Source: Pyrinomonadaceae bacterium (lineage in GTDB: Bacteria; Acidobacteriota; Blastocatellia; Pyrinomonadales; Pyrinomonadaceae). Taken from it: 64,000 nucleotides of DNA. Made by a program: the position numbers and the translations under genes. Positions 32,969-43,782 of the stretch are shown in pieces. The stretch covers positions 1,116,913 through 1,180,912 of the forward strand of contig JBFWWI010000001.1 in the NCBI GenBank assembly GCA_050246275.1, written 5' to 3'. Within the stretch, counting starts at the first letter, position 1. The number at the start of each line of letters is the position of its first letter. The notes below the pieces were generated by a model that saw only the letters and a program-made list of their open reading frames with translations, was not told the DNA's origin and searched no databases.

Positions 32969-35806
32969 TCACCGGTGAAAGGTGCAATTTTCCTTGGGTT
33001 CCCGGCCCTCCGGATACGAACGTATCTCGGACTTGGGACACGCAGCCGTCGCCCGCATACCGGTTAGCGGACAGACGACGGCCGTTACTTTCACTTCGGG
33101 CCTTTCCCTGCCCTTCTTTGGGTCTGTTGAACCCTGTGGGCCGAGCTGGTCTTCCCAGGTTTCGTCAACCGGCAGCGGGCTTTTCTCAGGCGTTGGATAA
33201 AGGATCGGTTCACCCGTCTCCGGGTCATATTCAACATTTGCGGAATCCCCAGGGAGCACCGCCTTGTTTGGCACGGTTCCCGCGACGAAGAGCTCAACGC
33301 GGCGAAATTCTGACGGCACCTCGGTGACGTATATATCCGGTGGCTGGTCCTTCAGAGTTGTCGCCCATGCGGGGTCATTCACGGGCAAATCAGGCGAACT
33401 GGGCGTCGGCGATGGCGTCGGCGTCTCGTTGGTCTTGGTGGCGGCCTCGACCCCATCGAGTTCGCGGATCAATGCTCCGTTGCGAATGTCGACCTCGGCC
33501 TTGCGGACGGTGGCGGGCATCGTCCAATCCCCGTTCCATTCCGGATACCGACGAAGGGCTTCCTGCATAAAATCGGCCCAGATCGGCATTGCCGAATCCG
33601 ACCCCTTCATCCCCAGGTCGTCTCCGTCGTCAAACCCGACGTAAACTACGCAGACCAGCTCAGGCGTAAAACCCGCGAACCAGCCATCCCGCGAAGTTCC
33701 GGTCTTTCCGGCATAGGCCGCCTTGCCGGCGACATTTCGAAAACCCCAACCCTGCGCCTGTGCGGCGGTTCCGCGGTTGATGACATCCTTTAATATGTCG
33801 TCGACAATATACGCGACGTCCGGCCGGATCACGTTCTTCTTATCGACCTGGGGCATCGCGACGGCGGCCCCGTCCCCGGCGGTGATCTGTGTGATCGGCA
33901 TGGGAGCGACCCGGTCGCCCAAGTTCGCAAACATCGTGTAGGCGGTGGCAACCTGCAACGGGGTGGCCTCAGAAGTTCCGAGCGCCATCGACGGATATGC
34001 CTTTTCCACTTTCGGCATTCCCGCTTTGTGGGCTAGGTTCATCACACGGCCTATATTGACCTGCATTCCAATATCGACCGTGATCGTATTCTTGCTCTTT
34101 ACCAAAGCGTCGCGGAGAGTTATCTCCTTATTCGAGAAAGTGTCGCCGTAATTATTCGGGGCGTAGCTGTCTCGTCCAAAAGTGAATACCTTCTTTTCGT
34201 CTTTTAGAACGGTCGCTGCCGTAAAAACTCGCGTCGCCGTATCGTACGCCGAGTTGATCGCGGCCGCATAAACGAACGGCTTGAAGACGGAACCCGGCTG
34301 GCGCATCGCGTTGGTTGCCCGGTTGAATTGATTCTCAAGATAATCGCGGCCGCCGATCATGGCCACGATCTCGCCCGTCTTGGGGCGTATCGCGACAAGC
34401 GACGCGTTCAGGCTGCCCTTTGGCTTCTTCGGAAAGTACTTATCCAGCTTTTCGAGACGTCTGCTTACGATCTCATAAGCCATCCGCTGAAGATCAGGGT
34501 CGATCGAGGTATACACCCTCAAATGCTGAAGGGCCTCCGGGTCACTAACGAGTTTCGGAATCTCCTCAATGACATACTGGGAAAAATACGGCATTCCCTG
34601 CAGTTCTTTCTTGCTCGATATCTTCTTTAGCTCGAGTTTAGTGTTTCGCGCCGACGCATGTTGTTCCGGCGATATCTCGCCTGCTTCAAGCATCGAATCG
34701 AGGACCTGATTACGGCGTTCGGCGACCCGCTCGGGATTCTTGAATGGGTTGTAACGGTTCGGGCTCCGAATGATACCAGCGAGGAATGCCGCCTCCGGAA
34801 GGGTTAGCTGTGAGACGTCCTTTCCGAAGTACACGCTTGCCGCCTCACCCACCCCATAGATAGAAACGCCGGACTGCTGACCCAGATAGATCTGATTGGC
34901 GTAGAGAGAGAATATCTCCTGCTTCGAAAGCCGAGTTTCGAGGATGATCGACATGAACGCTTCCTTGGCCTTACGCTCGAGGGTCTGTTCATTCGTCAGC
35001 AGCAGATTCTTCACGAGCTGTTGAGTGATCGACGATCCTCCCTGGTTAGCGATCGGGGAATCATCATCGCGTTCGTATCGCCGCCACGCGGCCCGCACTA
35101 TTCCCCGGAAATTCACCCCGTAATGTTCGAAAAACGCACGATCCTCGGTCACGGTTATCGCCCTGATCAGGTGCGGCGGAAGGTCGTCAAAGTTTACGAC
35201 TCGACGGCGGCCATCGCCCTCTGCCGCCACGGTGCTTAACATCTTCGGCTCGAGCTTCGCGGAAGGTTCTACTCGGCCTGACGCAAGATTCTGGATCGAA
35301 TCGACAGATCTTCCGTCCTTGGCAAACTTTACCTGGAGGGGCGCAAATGCCTTTTCGCCATTTATGACGCCGGTCGATCCGGGTTCGATCAACAGGCGGG
35401 CGTCGGCAACTGAATAACGGCTTCGGGAAAGATCAGCCTTATTATTCTTTTCGATATAGCCCGCAGATTTAAGATATTCGATCAGCTCCTGCTGGGTTAT
35501 CGTGTCGCCTGCTTTGAGAAGCTTAGGTGCGGAATAGATGCCTGCCGTGGGTGTAAAGATATCTGAACTCAGTAACTTACGATCGATGAGGTCGGAGTAT
35601 TGAAACCAATAATAGGTAAAGGTCAGGAAGCCGAAAAGAAGTATAGTCAGCGCAAAGCCGATCGTCCATGGGCTGAAAAGGCGTCGCACACACCGACGGA
35701 ACCACGACGGAGGCGGAGACTGATACGCCGAAACGCGATTCGCCTTCACCCATCCCCGGGGAGGCAGTTTCGAGCGCCTGCGTTTGACCATCGGCCGTTC
35801 CTGCAT
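32969..35806 (-). CDS. Class A penicillin-binding protein (PBP1A-type transglycosylase/transpeptidase) with a long Pro-rich C-terminal tail
   Basis: GT51 motifs TVTEDRAFFEHYG and GGSSITQQL; transpeptidase SVFKPFVY (SxxK), SKN and KTGTS. Confidence 0.9.
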   Translation of the reverse strand: MQERPMVKRRRSKLPPRGWVKANRVSAYQSPPPSWFRRCVRRLFSPWTIGFALTILLFGFLTFTYYWFQYSDLIDRKLLSSDIFTPTAGIYSAPKLLKAGDTITQQELIEYLKSAGYIEKNNKADLSRSRYSVADARLLIEPGSTGVINGEKAFAPLQVKFAKDGRSVDSIQNLASGRVEPSAKLEPKMLSTVAAEGDGRRRVVNFDDLPPHLIRAITVTEDRAFFEHYGVNFRGIVRAAWRRYERDDDSPIANQGGSSITQQLVKNLLLTNEQTLERKAKEAFMSIILETRLSKQEIFSLYANQIYLGQQSGVSIYGVGEAASVYFGKDVSQLTLPEAAFLAGIIRSPNRYNPFKNPERVAERRNQVLDSMLEAGEISPEQHASARNTKLELKKISSKKELQGMPYFSQYVIEEIPKLVSDPEALQHLRVYTSIDPDLQRMAYEIVSRRLEKLDKYFPKKPKGSLNASLVAIRPKTGEIVAMIGGRDYLENQFNRATNAMRQPGSVFKPFVYAAAINSAYDTATRVFTAATVLKDEKKVFTFGRDSYAPNNYGDTFSNKEITLRDALVKSKNTITVDIGMQVNIGRVMNLAHKAGMPKVEKAYPSMALGTSEATPLQVATAYTMFANLGDRVAPMPITQITAGDGAAVAMPQVDKKNVIRPDVAYIVDDILKDVINRGTAAQAQGWGFRNVAGKAAYAGKTGTSRDGWFAGFTPELVCVVYVGFDDGDDLGMKGSDSAMPIWADFMQEALRRYPEWNGDWTMPATVRKAEVDIRNGALIRELDGVEAATKTNETPTPSPTPSSPDLPVNDPAWATTLKDQPPDIYVTEVPSEFRRVELFVAGTVPNKAVLPGDSANVEYDPETGEPILYPTPEKSPLPVDETWEDQLGPQGSTDPKKGRERPEVKVTAVVCPLTGMRATAACPKSEIRSYPEGREPKENCTFHR

Positions 35807-35908
35807 TTTGAATTGAATCGTGCTGCGAATTAGAGAGGTTTCTAAAATGGACGGTTGCCCTGTAAAATTCTATTTCGTTTAGGGGTCTGTGTCTAGGGGT
35901 TTGTCAGA

Positions 35909-36757
35909 ATGAAGACTATCGTAACAGGTGGAAGCGGATACCTCGGCACGCATGTTCGCCGATACTTCCGGGCGGATGATCTGTCACGCCGTTCGGGGTC
36001 CAGCGTTCTTGATCCGGCCGGCTTGTCTAAATTGGAGGACTACGACCTTGTCATCCATCTCGCCGCCCATCTGGACAAGTCGCCCGATGCCGCAGAAGAG
36101 GTCTTTCTGACCAACGTCGAAGGGACCGTGAACGTGCTGAAGAATATCCGAGAGGATGCAGCCTTCATATTCGCATCGACGAAGGACGTCTATGGGAGGT
36201 TCGCCGACGGTTTTGCGGAGGTCCCGGAGTCTTGTCAGACCCTCTTCGCCGGCCAGTCAGCCCTGGAATGGTCAAAACTGATCGCTGAGAAGTATGTGGA
36301 ATATTTCGCTCACCAAAGGCGGTTTCGGTCGTGCATTTTTAGACTCTCAAACATATATGCACCCAATAGTGAGGGAAATACGCCGGGTTTCGTTGGGGCT
36401 TTCGTGGATGCTTTAAATCGCGGCGAACCGGTTCGGCTTCCCGGCGGCGGTTCGCCAATCCGCGATCTTCTTCATGTCGATGACCTGGCCGCCGCGTGTG
36501 AGGCCTTCAGCACATCGGTGATCCGTCATGGCACCTACAATCTCGGCGGCGGCCGTAATAACGCTGCTTCGATAAAGGAGCTGGTGGAAAAGCTCGAGGC
36601 GGTCTCGCGGTTGCAAATGGTCCTTAGTGACGAAACGCTTCCGGCCCCGGTTCCGTTCAGATATGTCTCGGACCTTTCGCTGATTATCCAGGAACTGGAC
36701 TGGGAACCAAAGATCGGGATCGACAGCGGTCTTGGATCCTTGTTCGGCAAACAATGA
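35909..36757 (+). CDS. NAD-dependent epimerase/dehydratase family protein
   Basis: Rossmann motif VTGGSGYLGTH. Translationally coupled (ATGA) to the heptosyltransferase gene. Confidence 0.8.
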   Translation: MKTIVTGGSGYLGTHVRRYFRADDLSRRSGSSVLDPAGLSKLEDYDLVIHLAAHLDKSPDAAEEVFLTNVEGTVNVLKNIREDAAFIFASTKDVYGRFADGFAEVPESCQTLFAGQSALEWSKLIAEKYVEYFAHQRRFRSCIFRLSNIYAPNSEGNTPGFVGAFVDALNRGEPVRLPGGGSPIRDLLHVDDLAAACEAFSTSVIRHGTYNLGGGRNNAASIKELVEKLEAVSRLQMVLSDETLPAPVPFRYVSDLSLIIQELDWEPKIGIDSGLGSLFGKQ

Positions 36758-37782
36758 AGATCGTCGTTCGATGCCCTAATTGGATCGGTGACGCGGTAAT
36801 GTCGATTCCCGCGCTTCGATTCCTGCGCGGGGCCTATCCTGAAGCCCAGATAGTCTTGCATACGCGAAGTTGGGCCGAGGGCGTTTTTCGTGATTCTGCC
36901 CTGATCGACGGCATGGTCCTGATCGGGGAAGGCAGATCGCGGATCGGGAATGTCAGAGAGCAGGTACGCGAACTCCGGAAGCATGACTTCGATATCTCAA
37001 TTCTTTTTACAAACTCATTCGAATCCGCGCTCGTCAGTCGGTTAGCCGGCATACCCGAACGGGTCGGGTATTCGACCGAAACTCGCGGATTCCTGCTGTC
37101 CAGGCCGGTCCGAGTCCCATCGTGGAAAAAGGAACGCCATGAGTCCGAATACTATCTGAATCTCGTAGATGGCTTGGTCGAAGGAAACCCAAATTTATCG
37201 ACCTCGGAGATAGGGCTTGAGGTTTCAATGAAGCGCCGGGCAGAGGCCCGTGAACACCTGCTTGAGTTCGGGGCTTCTCCGAACGAGTTGATGATAACGA
37301 TCGGCGCGGGCTCGACAAATTCTATGGCAAAACGCTGGCCGGCAGAAAACTTCGCCACGCTATGCGACCTTTTTGCCGCTAAACTCTCAGCAAACATTGT
37401 GTTCCTCGGTTCACCCGGCGAAGCGGTTGTCACAGCCGAGATCGCATCTAGGATGACCTATCATCCGATCGATCTGACCGGAAAGACGGACCTGGATCTT
37501 GCGACCGCGATCCTCAGCGAATCGGATCTTTTCGTCTCGAACGATATGGGCCTCGCCCACATTGCGGCCGCGGTCGGCACGCCCACTTTGGTGATCTTTG
37601 GCCCAACGAATGAAATTGCTACCAAGCCGTTGGGGAGAAACGTTCGAATAGCGAGGGAACCGGTTGAATGTGCACCGTGTATGCTGCGAGAATGCCCGAT
37701 CGATCATCGCTGTATGACTAGGATAAGCCCGGCTCGCGTCTTTGAATCAGCCGCGGAAATGTTGGAAACTCTAAGCAAATGA
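36754..37782 (+). CDS. GT9 ADP-heptose:LPS heptosyltransferase (type II-like)
   Basis: The N-terminus MKIVVRCPNWIGDAVMSIPALRFL and the C-terminal NDMGLAHIAAAVGTPTLVIFGPT are typical of GT9. Confidence 0.8.
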   Translation: MKIVVRCPNWIGDAVMSIPALRFLRGAYPEAQIVLHTRSWAEGVFRDSALIDGMVLIGEGRSRIGNVREQVRELRKHDFDISILFTNSFESALVSRLAGIPERVGYSTETRGFLLSRPVRVPSWKKERHESEYYLNLVDGLVEGNPNLSTSEIGLEVSMKRRAEAREHLLEFGASPNELMITIGAGSTNSMAKRWPAENFATLCDLFAAKLSANIVFLGSPGEAVVTAEIASRMTYHPIDLTGKTDLDLATAILSESDLFVSNDMGLAHIAAAVGTPTLVIFGPTNEIATKPLGRNVRIAREPVECAPCMLRECPIDHRCMTRISPARVFESAAEMLETLSK

Positions 37783-38342
37783 TGATCGGAAGCGGAAAGC
37801 GACCTGCGGCATTCATAGACCGCGACGGAACACTGATCGAAGAGGTAAATTTCCTTTCCAGGGTGGAGGACCTTCGTGTGTTTCCCCACACAGCGGAGGC
37901 TCTCCGCCAGCTAAGGTCTCGCGGCTATCTGCTCGTTGTGGTCACTAACCAGTCCGGCATCGGCCGCGGCCTATATACTGAGTCGGATATGCGTTCGATA
38001 CATGCCGCAATGCAGACAGAACTGGGTGGTATCATTGATGGCTTCTATCATTGCCCTCATCTTCCCGACGCGGGATGCGAATGCAGGAAGCCCGGCATTG
38101 GTATGCTGCGCTTCGCTGAACGCGATCTGGAAATCGACCTCGCCGCGTCGTGGATGATAGGCGATAAACGCATCGACGTAGAAACGGGCCAAAATGCGAA
38201 CATCCGGTCGGCCTTGGTACTTACCGGATACGGTACGCTGCATCGAGATCATCTCGTTGCCGAACCCGACGTCATCGGTGAGACTCTGCTCGAAGCGGTG
38301 GAAGAGATCGTCAGCTTTGGATCAGCGGCAGCCGGACTGTAA
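37779..38342 (+). CDS. gmhB: D-glycero-D-manno-heptose 1,7-bisphosphate phosphatase
   Basis: HAD motif FIDRDGTL, the zinc-loop CPHLPDAGCECRKP and MIGDKRIDVE. ATGA overlap with the upstream gene. Confidence 0.8.
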   Translation: MMIGSGKRPAAFIDRDGTLIEEVNFLSRVEDLRVFPHTAEALRQLRSRGYLLVVVTNQSGIGRGLYTESDMRSIHAAMQTELGGIIDGFYHCPHLPDAGCECRKPGIGMLRFAERDLEIDLAASWMIGDKRIDVETGQNANIRSALVLTGYGTLHRDHLVAEPDVIGETLLEAVEEIVSFGSAAAGL

Positions 38343-39819
38343 ATTTTGCGCCTTTGTTCTCGCCATCGCTTGTCACGCTTACCGATCCGCCGTGCATCTC
38401 AACAAGATTGCGGACTATCGCAAGGCCCAAACCGAGGCCACCGTTCCGGCCGGGCTGTTTTAGGTCCTGCCTGAACCTCTCGAAAACAACCGGGAGAAAA
38501 TCACTGCTGATCCCGACACCTTCGTCCATTACTTCAACGACCGCCTGTTCCCCGTCGACCAAAAGGCTCACGCTGACACGCCCACCCTCGTGACTGAATT
38601 TGACTGAATTGGTCAGGAGATTTGAAAAGACCTGCCTTAGACGGTTGCTGTCACCCAGTATCGAAACGGGAGTGTTAGGGGATCCGTTGTAGAAATCAAA
38701 TTCGACGTCCTTGTGGTTCGCCGCCGGACGAACACTTTCGATCGAGTCGGTGATCACATCCAGCAGGTCTACTGGCTCGTTAGCCAGTTCCAGCTTGCCC
38801 GAGATGAGACGCGCAACGTCAAGCAGGTCTTCGATCAGCCGGTTTTGGGTCTCGGAATTCTTTATAATTGTCGTAACGGCCCTCTCCGACTGTGTGCGGT
38901 CGAGCGTGCCGTCTTTCAGCAACCGAGCCCATCCGAGAATCGAATTCAACGGCGTCCGGAGTTCATGCGATACCGTGGCCATGAACTCATCGCGAAGGCG
39001 GTTGGCAATCTCAGCCTCTTGCCGCGCACTCTGCTCGCCCCTCAAGAGGATCTCGCGTTCAGATCCGATCTCGATTAGCCGTTCATTCATTTCCAAAAGC
39101 TCTTCCGTACGTTCCTCCACCTTTTCTTCAAGATTTCGGTTGGTCTCGATCAATTCTGTTTCGGCCGATTGCCGCTTTTTGATCTCGCGGAAAACTATAA
39201 AGTTGGCTAGGCCCAACGCGATGATCCCCGCCAGGCTGGCAGCAATCAGGACCCAGATCGACCTGCTTAGGCCCTTATCCATTCCAGAATCGCGTGACTG
39301 GAGCCGATCTGTAACGGTGTCTTTGTACTGCCGGACGGAAAGCTGGACCGCCTCGACCTTTGGCCGGGCCATTACGTTCGTGATTTGCTCGATCCCGGCA
39401 CTAGGGCCGCCCATCTTTCGTGCCGCGACCATCTGGTCTGCTTCCGAAAGCAGGGCATTCGCGGCGGATTCGATCATCGCGATCTGCGTCGTTTCATGTT
39501 CGTCGTCGATCGCCAATAATTTAAGATCCGATATCTTTTGAGGAATGACGGTCTTGGCCCGCGTATAGGGTTCGAGATAAGTGTCGTTGCCTGTATAGAC
39601 GAACCCGAAGACGCCGCGATCGACGTTCATCGCCAATCGGCCGATCTCATCAGCCGACCAGATCGATGCGTTCGCACGTCGCTGCCACTCGAGAGCTTCC
39701 TGGAACGACGCGGTACTCTGATAGAAAAGGAAACCGACGATCGTAAGCGTGAGGAATACGACGAAGAGAACTATAGGCAGTTTTTGTTCTGTCTTTAACG
39801 CCATCGGACCGCGATGCAA
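38311..39819 (-). CDS. Sensor histidine kinase with a CHASE3-like periplasmic domain
   Basis: TM segment, then GNDTYLEPYTRAK (CHASE3-like), a second TM segment, a coiled coil, H-box SHELRTPLNSILGW and G-box GGLGLGLAIV. Confidence 0.85.
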   Translation of the reverse strand: MHRGPMALKTEQKLPIVLFVVFLTLTIVGFLFYQSTASFQEALEWQRRANASIWSADEIGRLAMNVDRGVFGFVYTGNDTYLEPYTRAKTVIPQKISDLKLLAIDDEHETTQIAMIESAANALLSEADQMVAARKMGGPSAGIEQITNVMARPKVEAVQLSVRQYKDTVTDRLQSRDSGMDKGLSRSIWVLIAASLAGIIALGLANFIVFREIKKRQSAETELIETNRNLEEKVEERTEELLEMNERLIEIGSEREILLRGEQSARQEAEIANRLRDEFMATVSHELRTPLNSILGWARLLKDGTLDRTQSERAVTTIIKNSETQNRLIEDLLDVARLISGKLELANEPVDLLDVITDSIESVRPAANHKDVEFDFYNGSPNTPVSILGDSNRLRQVFSNLLTNSVKFSHEGGRVSVSLLVDGEQAVVEVMDEGVGISSDFLPVVFERFRQDLKQPGRNGGLGLGLAIVRNLVEMHGGSVSVTSDGENKGAKFTVRLPLIQS

Positions 39820-39849
39820 CTTTGTCGGGGGACGGTCATTTAATAAATG

Positions 39850-40239
39850 CTAAATGCCGGTTCGGCCAAAATCGTCCTCAAAACGTTCGATGTCGTCCTC
39901 TCCAAAATAGGTGCCGGTCTGCACCTCGATAAAAATAAGGACATCGCTTTCATGCGGATTCTCGACGCGGTGGGCATCACCGATCGCTATATCGACCGCA
40001 TTTCCGGCAGTAACTAGAAATTCCGATCCGTTTAGTGTTACCTTAGCTGTACCTCGAACTATGTACCAATGTTCGGACCTTTTGCCATGACGCTGATAAC
40101 TCAGGCGTTTTCCGGGAAAAACCTCGATCCGCTTCACTTTGAACTCGGGACGTTCGTCCAGGATGGTAAAACTCCCCCACGGACGGTCCTCCCGATCGTG
40201 GGCGGTATCGTTGAATGCCGGCTCGGTCTCTGACTGCAT
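39850..40239 (-). CDS. Cupin-domain protein (mannose-6-phosphate isomerase type II C-terminal-like)
   Basis: RPWGSFTIL...VFPGKRLSYQRHGKRSEHWYIVRGTA...GDAHRVENP. Start set at the internal ATG (40239). Confidence 0.7.
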   Translation of the reverse strand: MQSETEPAFNDTAHDREDRPWGSFTILDERPEFKVKRIEVFPGKRLSYQRHGKRSEHWYIVRGTAKVTLNGSEFLVTAGNAVDIAIGDAHRVENPHESDVLIFIEVQTGTYFGEDDIERFEDDFGRTGI

Positions 40240-41992
40240 GATGTTAAGTTTAATAGAAAACAACTCATCAGCCAACGCCCAACTCAGCCAGCGTATCTTG
40301 ATGCTGATCGTCGGACGTCTCGTCGCGATCTTTCTTCTGTTGGTCTCAAGCTGGATTTGGTACAGCGGTTCCACGGATTTTACGCTTCAGACCATTCCGC
40401 AGAGCGCCCTTTTTGTCTTCATTATCTCGGTCGGGTTGACGGTCGTTTATTTCTTCCTGTTACGCTTTGGCCGACTGATCCGATGGCAGATAAGATTTCA
40501 ATTCCTGGTCGACGCATTGCTGATCACGTGGCTTGTATGGAGAACGGGTGACCTGACGTCTCCATACATAACCCTCTACATCGTTCTTATCTCGGTCTCG
40601 AGCGTGTTCTTGCGGCCAAGGTCGACGATCTTCATGGCCCTGCTTTGTATCGGGTTCTTCATTGCATTGGCGTTTTTGACCGGATTTACCGTGATCGATT
40701 CCTTCGGCGTTCCGCAGCAACCTGGAAAAGTCGTGCAGATCATAAGTTTCCACGCCGTTGCGTTCTTTGTCGTCGGGCTGCTTGCTTCCCGGCTTGCCGA
40801 CCGTCAACGTTCCGGCGAAGAACTGCGGGAGGCCACCAAAAGCCTTGCCACATTGCGGGCCCTGCATGAAAGGATCATCGAATCGATCCGGTCGGGCCTT
40901 ATCACCACGGACCTCGAGGGAACCATCTACACGTTTAACGCCGCGGCTTCGGAGATCACCGGCTATCATTCAGAAGATGTCCGCGGAAGCTCGATCTACG
41001 ATCTGATCCCCAACATCGGGAGCGATCTGGACGACGCATCCGACGAGACCAACGAAGCTCAGTCGAGATTTGAAGCAGACTTGAAAACACCTGATGGCTT
41101 CGTCGTCCGGATCGGCTACAGCGTCGCAAAGCTCTATTCGGAAGAGCAGGAATCGAGCGGGTACATTATTACCTTTCAGGATCTGACGGAGATCCGAACG
41201 ATGGAGGAGAGCATACGTCGAAAAGACCGTCTTGCGGCGGTGGGCAGGGTCGGTGCCGGACTCGCCCACGAGATCCGTAATCCGCTCGGCGCGATGCGGG
41301 GAGCCATACAGGTCCTTGAATCGAGCATGCCGCCTAATTCGATCCATACCGATCTGATGGGAATCATCCTGCGCGAATCGGATCGGCTGAACAGCATCAT
41401 CACCAATTTTCTGAGCTACGCCAAACCTAAGGTCGGGAACTATTCAGAGATCGACCTGAGGGAAGCTGTTCACGACACAGTCAAGCTCTTTCGCCACAGT
41501 CCTGACGTCAGCGAACGACACCAGATCTCGGAGGAACTTCCGTCAAAGCCGCTGTTCATTTCTGCCGATCAGACCCAGATCCAACAGGTCTTTTGGAACC
41601 TAACGCGCAACGCTATACAAGCCATGCCGGATGGCGGAACGCTCTCGATAAGAACGGACATCGCCCCTAATGGAAAGGCAAGGATCGTGTTCGTGGACAC
41701 TGGCAAGGGAATGCCCCCCGAACAGGTCGAACAACTGTTCGAACCCTTTGCCCGGTCGACGACCGGAGGAACGGGTCTCGGCCTATCGATCGTCTACCAG
41801 ATAATTCGTGACCACAACGGTACGATAAATGTCCGGAGTTCAGAAGGCGAAGGGACGACGATAACGATCGAGCTGCCGCGCGAGCGAAGGCATCCCTCCC
41901 CGACTTCCGACGGCAAAGACGATGGCGAGGGACAGTCGCTTATTGAGGCGTTTGTTCATGTCAGGGGAAACGGTACGGAAAATAGCACTTGA
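40238..41992 (+). CDS. pilS: PilS-like membrane sensor histidine kinase (multi-TM, PAS, HisKA, HATPase)
   Basis: Six hydrophobic helices; a PAS region (ITTDLEGTIYTFNAAASEITGY); H-box AHEIRNPLGAMRGA; G-box GGTGLGLSIV. It is followed by a sigma-54 response regulator and pilA. The start (40238/40241/40301) is uncertain. Confidence 0.75.
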   Translation: MMLSLIENNSSANAQLSQRILMLIVGRLVAIFLLLVSSWIWYSGSTDFTLQTIPQSALFVFIISVGLTVVYFFLLRFGRLIRWQIRFQFLVDALLITWLVWRTGDLTSPYITLYIVLISVSSVFLRPRSTIFMALLCIGFFIALAFLTGFTVIDSFGVPQQPGKVVQIISFHAVAFFVVGLLASRLADRQRSGEELREATKSLATLRALHERIIESIRSGLITTDLEGTIYTFNAAASEITGYHSEDVRGSSIYDLIPNIGSDLDDASDETNEAQSRFEADLKTPDGFVVRIGYSVAKLYSEEQESSGYIITFQDLTEIRTMEESIRRKDRLAAVGRVGAGLAHEIRNPLGAMRGAIQVLESSMPPNSIHTDLMGIILRESDRLNSIITNFLSYAKPKVGNYSEIDLREAVHDTVKLFRHSPDVSERHQISEELPSKPLFISADQTQIQQVFWNLTRNAIQAMPDGGTLSIRTDIAPNGKARIVFVDTGKGMPPEQVEQLFEPFARSTTGGTGLGLSIVYQIIRDHNGTINVRSSEGEGTTITIELPRERRHPSPTSDGKDDGEGQSLIEAFVHVRGNGTENST

Positions 41993-42104
41993 TAAACAAG
42001 TCCTATATTTGGGAAAATAGAGTTTGCGGCATTCCGCATGCCGCAATAAGCATCCTTACCTCCATTTTGTTTCAACTAGACCTTCGGTAAAGTCAGGCCA
42101 AAAG

Positions 42105-43499
42105 ATGTCCAACATTCTGATCGTTGATGACGAGCAAAGCTATCGACAGCTTCTCACGCTAGTATTCGAAAGTGATGGCCACTCCATTAGGACCGCCTCA
42201 AACGGACGCGAGGCCGTTACTCAGGTGAACCGTGAAGCACCCGATGTGATCATCTCCGACGTTAGAATGCCCGATATGGACGGCATCGAGATGCTCCGCA
42301 CGGTCCGCGAGACGCACCAGGACCTTGGTGTAGTCTTTATGACGGCACATGCGTCGGTGGAATCGGCCCGGGAGGCCTTTAAGTTGGGTGCCGACGATTT
42401 CATCACCAAACCGTTCGATGTAGAAGAACTAAAACTTATCGTCAAAAAGACGCTGGAAAAGCAACAGCTTATCGACGAGAATCGGGCGTTCAAACGAGCG
42501 CAGCGAGAGCGCGGTAGTATCAAGAATATTGTTGGAAATTCGGCAAGAATGCAGGCGATATTTCAGATGATCGAGACCGTCGCCGAGGTACAGTCAACGA
42601 TCCTGATCACCGGCGAATCCGGGACTGGTAAAGAGCTTGTTGCACGGGCGATCCACGACCTAAGCCCGCGGGCCGAGAAGCCTTTCATCTCGATAAACTG
42701 CGGTGCTTTCACGGAAACCCTGCTGGAGTCCGAGCTTTTTGGCTATGTAAAGGGGGCATTTACGGGTGCCAATACAAACCGAAAAGGGCTTTTTGAGGCC
42801 GCCAACCACGGGACGATATTTCTGGACGAGATCGGTGAAATGTCGCCGGCTATGCAGGTCAAACTGCTCCGCGTGCTCCAGGAGCGAAAGGTTCGGCCGG
42901 TCGGAGCGCATGACGAACTTCCGGTCGACGCCCGTGTGATCGCTGCGACCAATCGCGATCTGAAAAAAATGTCGGTGGAAGGCACATTTCGCGAGGACCT
43001 ATTCTATCGGGTCTCGGTGATCCCGATCAACCTTCCGCCGCTGCGGGATAGGCGCGAGGACATCCCCGATCTGGTAAATCACTTTATCGGAAAGTTTTGC
43101 GACCTTTCAGGCAGGAATCTTACGATCTCACCTCGAAGTATGCAGCTGCTGGAAGGATATATGTGGGGCGGCAACGTCCGTGAACTCGAACATACGATCG
43201 AACGGGCCGTTGCATTGGAACGCGGCGATGAGATCTTGCCGGAGCGGCTTCCTGAGAACATAACCAACTACAATCCGGATCGCATCAGTGCTGAGTTCGA
43301 CCTGCCGGAGACGGGCATCAACCTGGCCGCACATCTCGATAATTTGGAGAAGACCTACGTGGTCGAGGCCCTTCGAAAAACGGACGGCAATCAGACGAAG
43401 GCCGCCGACCTGCTTCAGATGCAGGTACGTTCTCTTCGTCATCTACTTGATAAGCACAATTTAAGATCGCTCTCGGCTCAAATGCGAAACGCGGATTAG
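42105..43499 (+). CDS. pilR: Sigma-54-dependent response regulator (REC, AAA+, Fis HTH), PilR-like
   Basis: ILIVDDE...DVRMPDMDG (REC), GESGTGKE (Walker A), GAFTGA and a C-terminal HTH ([21 protein letters not shown]). The gene context matches pilS-pilR-pilA. Confidence 0.85.
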   Translation: MSNILIVDDEQSYRQLLTLVFESDGHSIRTASNGREAVTQVNREAPDVIISDVRMPDMDGIEMLRTVRETHQDLGVVFMTAHASVESAREAFKLGADDFITKPFDVEELKLIVKKTLEKQQLIDENRAFKRAQRERGSIKNIVGNSARMQAIFQMIETVAEVQSTILITGESGTGKELVARAIHDLSPRAEKPFISINCGAFTETLLESELFGYVKGAFTGANTNRKGLFEAANHGTIFLDEIGEMSPAMQVKLLRVLQERKVRPVGAHDELPVDARVIAATNRDLKKMSVEGTFREDLFYRVSVIPINLPPLRDRREDIPDLVNHFIGKFCDLSGRNLTISPRSMQLLEGYMWGGNVRELEHTIERAVALERGDEILPERLPENITNYNPDRISAEFDLPETGINLAAHLDNLEKTYVVEALRKTDGNQTKAADLLQMQVRSLRHLLDKHNLRSLSAQMRNAD

Positions 43500-43505
43500 C
43501 GATGC

Positions 43506-43530
43506 GGGCGGCTTTCGGGCCGCCTTTTTA
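43506..43530 (+). terminator. Rho-independent terminator after pilR
   Basis: GGCGGC-tttcgg-GCCGCC followed by TTTTT. Confidence 0.6.
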
Positions 43531-43699
43531 CTTCAAGGTTATTACCCGTAAATTGACACTTTTTGTCATAGCGGCTTTACCAAAATCTGGTAATCGCCCC
43601 TTCCAAGAGCGTTCACGAGCTCGGTCGCGGTTCCTTTGCAATTCGCATATACCCTTTATTTACTGCATTTATAGTTTGCTCAGCCAGCCGCTGCACGTT

Positions 43700-43715
43700 T
43701 GGCACACGTCTTGTT
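43700..43715 (+). promoter_or_regulatory. Sigma-54 (-24/-12) promoter candidate for pilA
   Basis: TGGCAC-acgtc-TTGT has the spacing of the TGGCAC-N5-TTGC consensus (the -12 element is GT instead of GC). It lies about 70 nt upstream of the pilA ATG. A TGACA-N6-TGTCA inverted repeat lies ~150 nt further upstream. Confidence 0.5.
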
Positions 43716-43782
43716 ATAGGTATTCACGCCTGGGAAAGGTAGACGAAGACTTATACAAACTTTAGGAGATTGTGAATCAGAA

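Noticed and set aside
32969-33110. A Cys cluster at the extreme C-terminus of PBP1A (CPLTG...ACP...C.FH).
   Set aside because: I recall comparable C-terminal Cys/His motifs in many class A PBPs from other phyla, so it is probably a known family feature rather than something novel. It cannot be verified here.
40237-40243. The divergent cupin and pilS-like genes appear to overlap head-to-head at CATGATG, sharing start-codon nucleotides.
   Set aside because: This is most likely a start-assignment artefact: pilS could start at 40301, or the cupin gene at another codon. Divergent genes need room for promoters, and there is no evidence of anything unusual.
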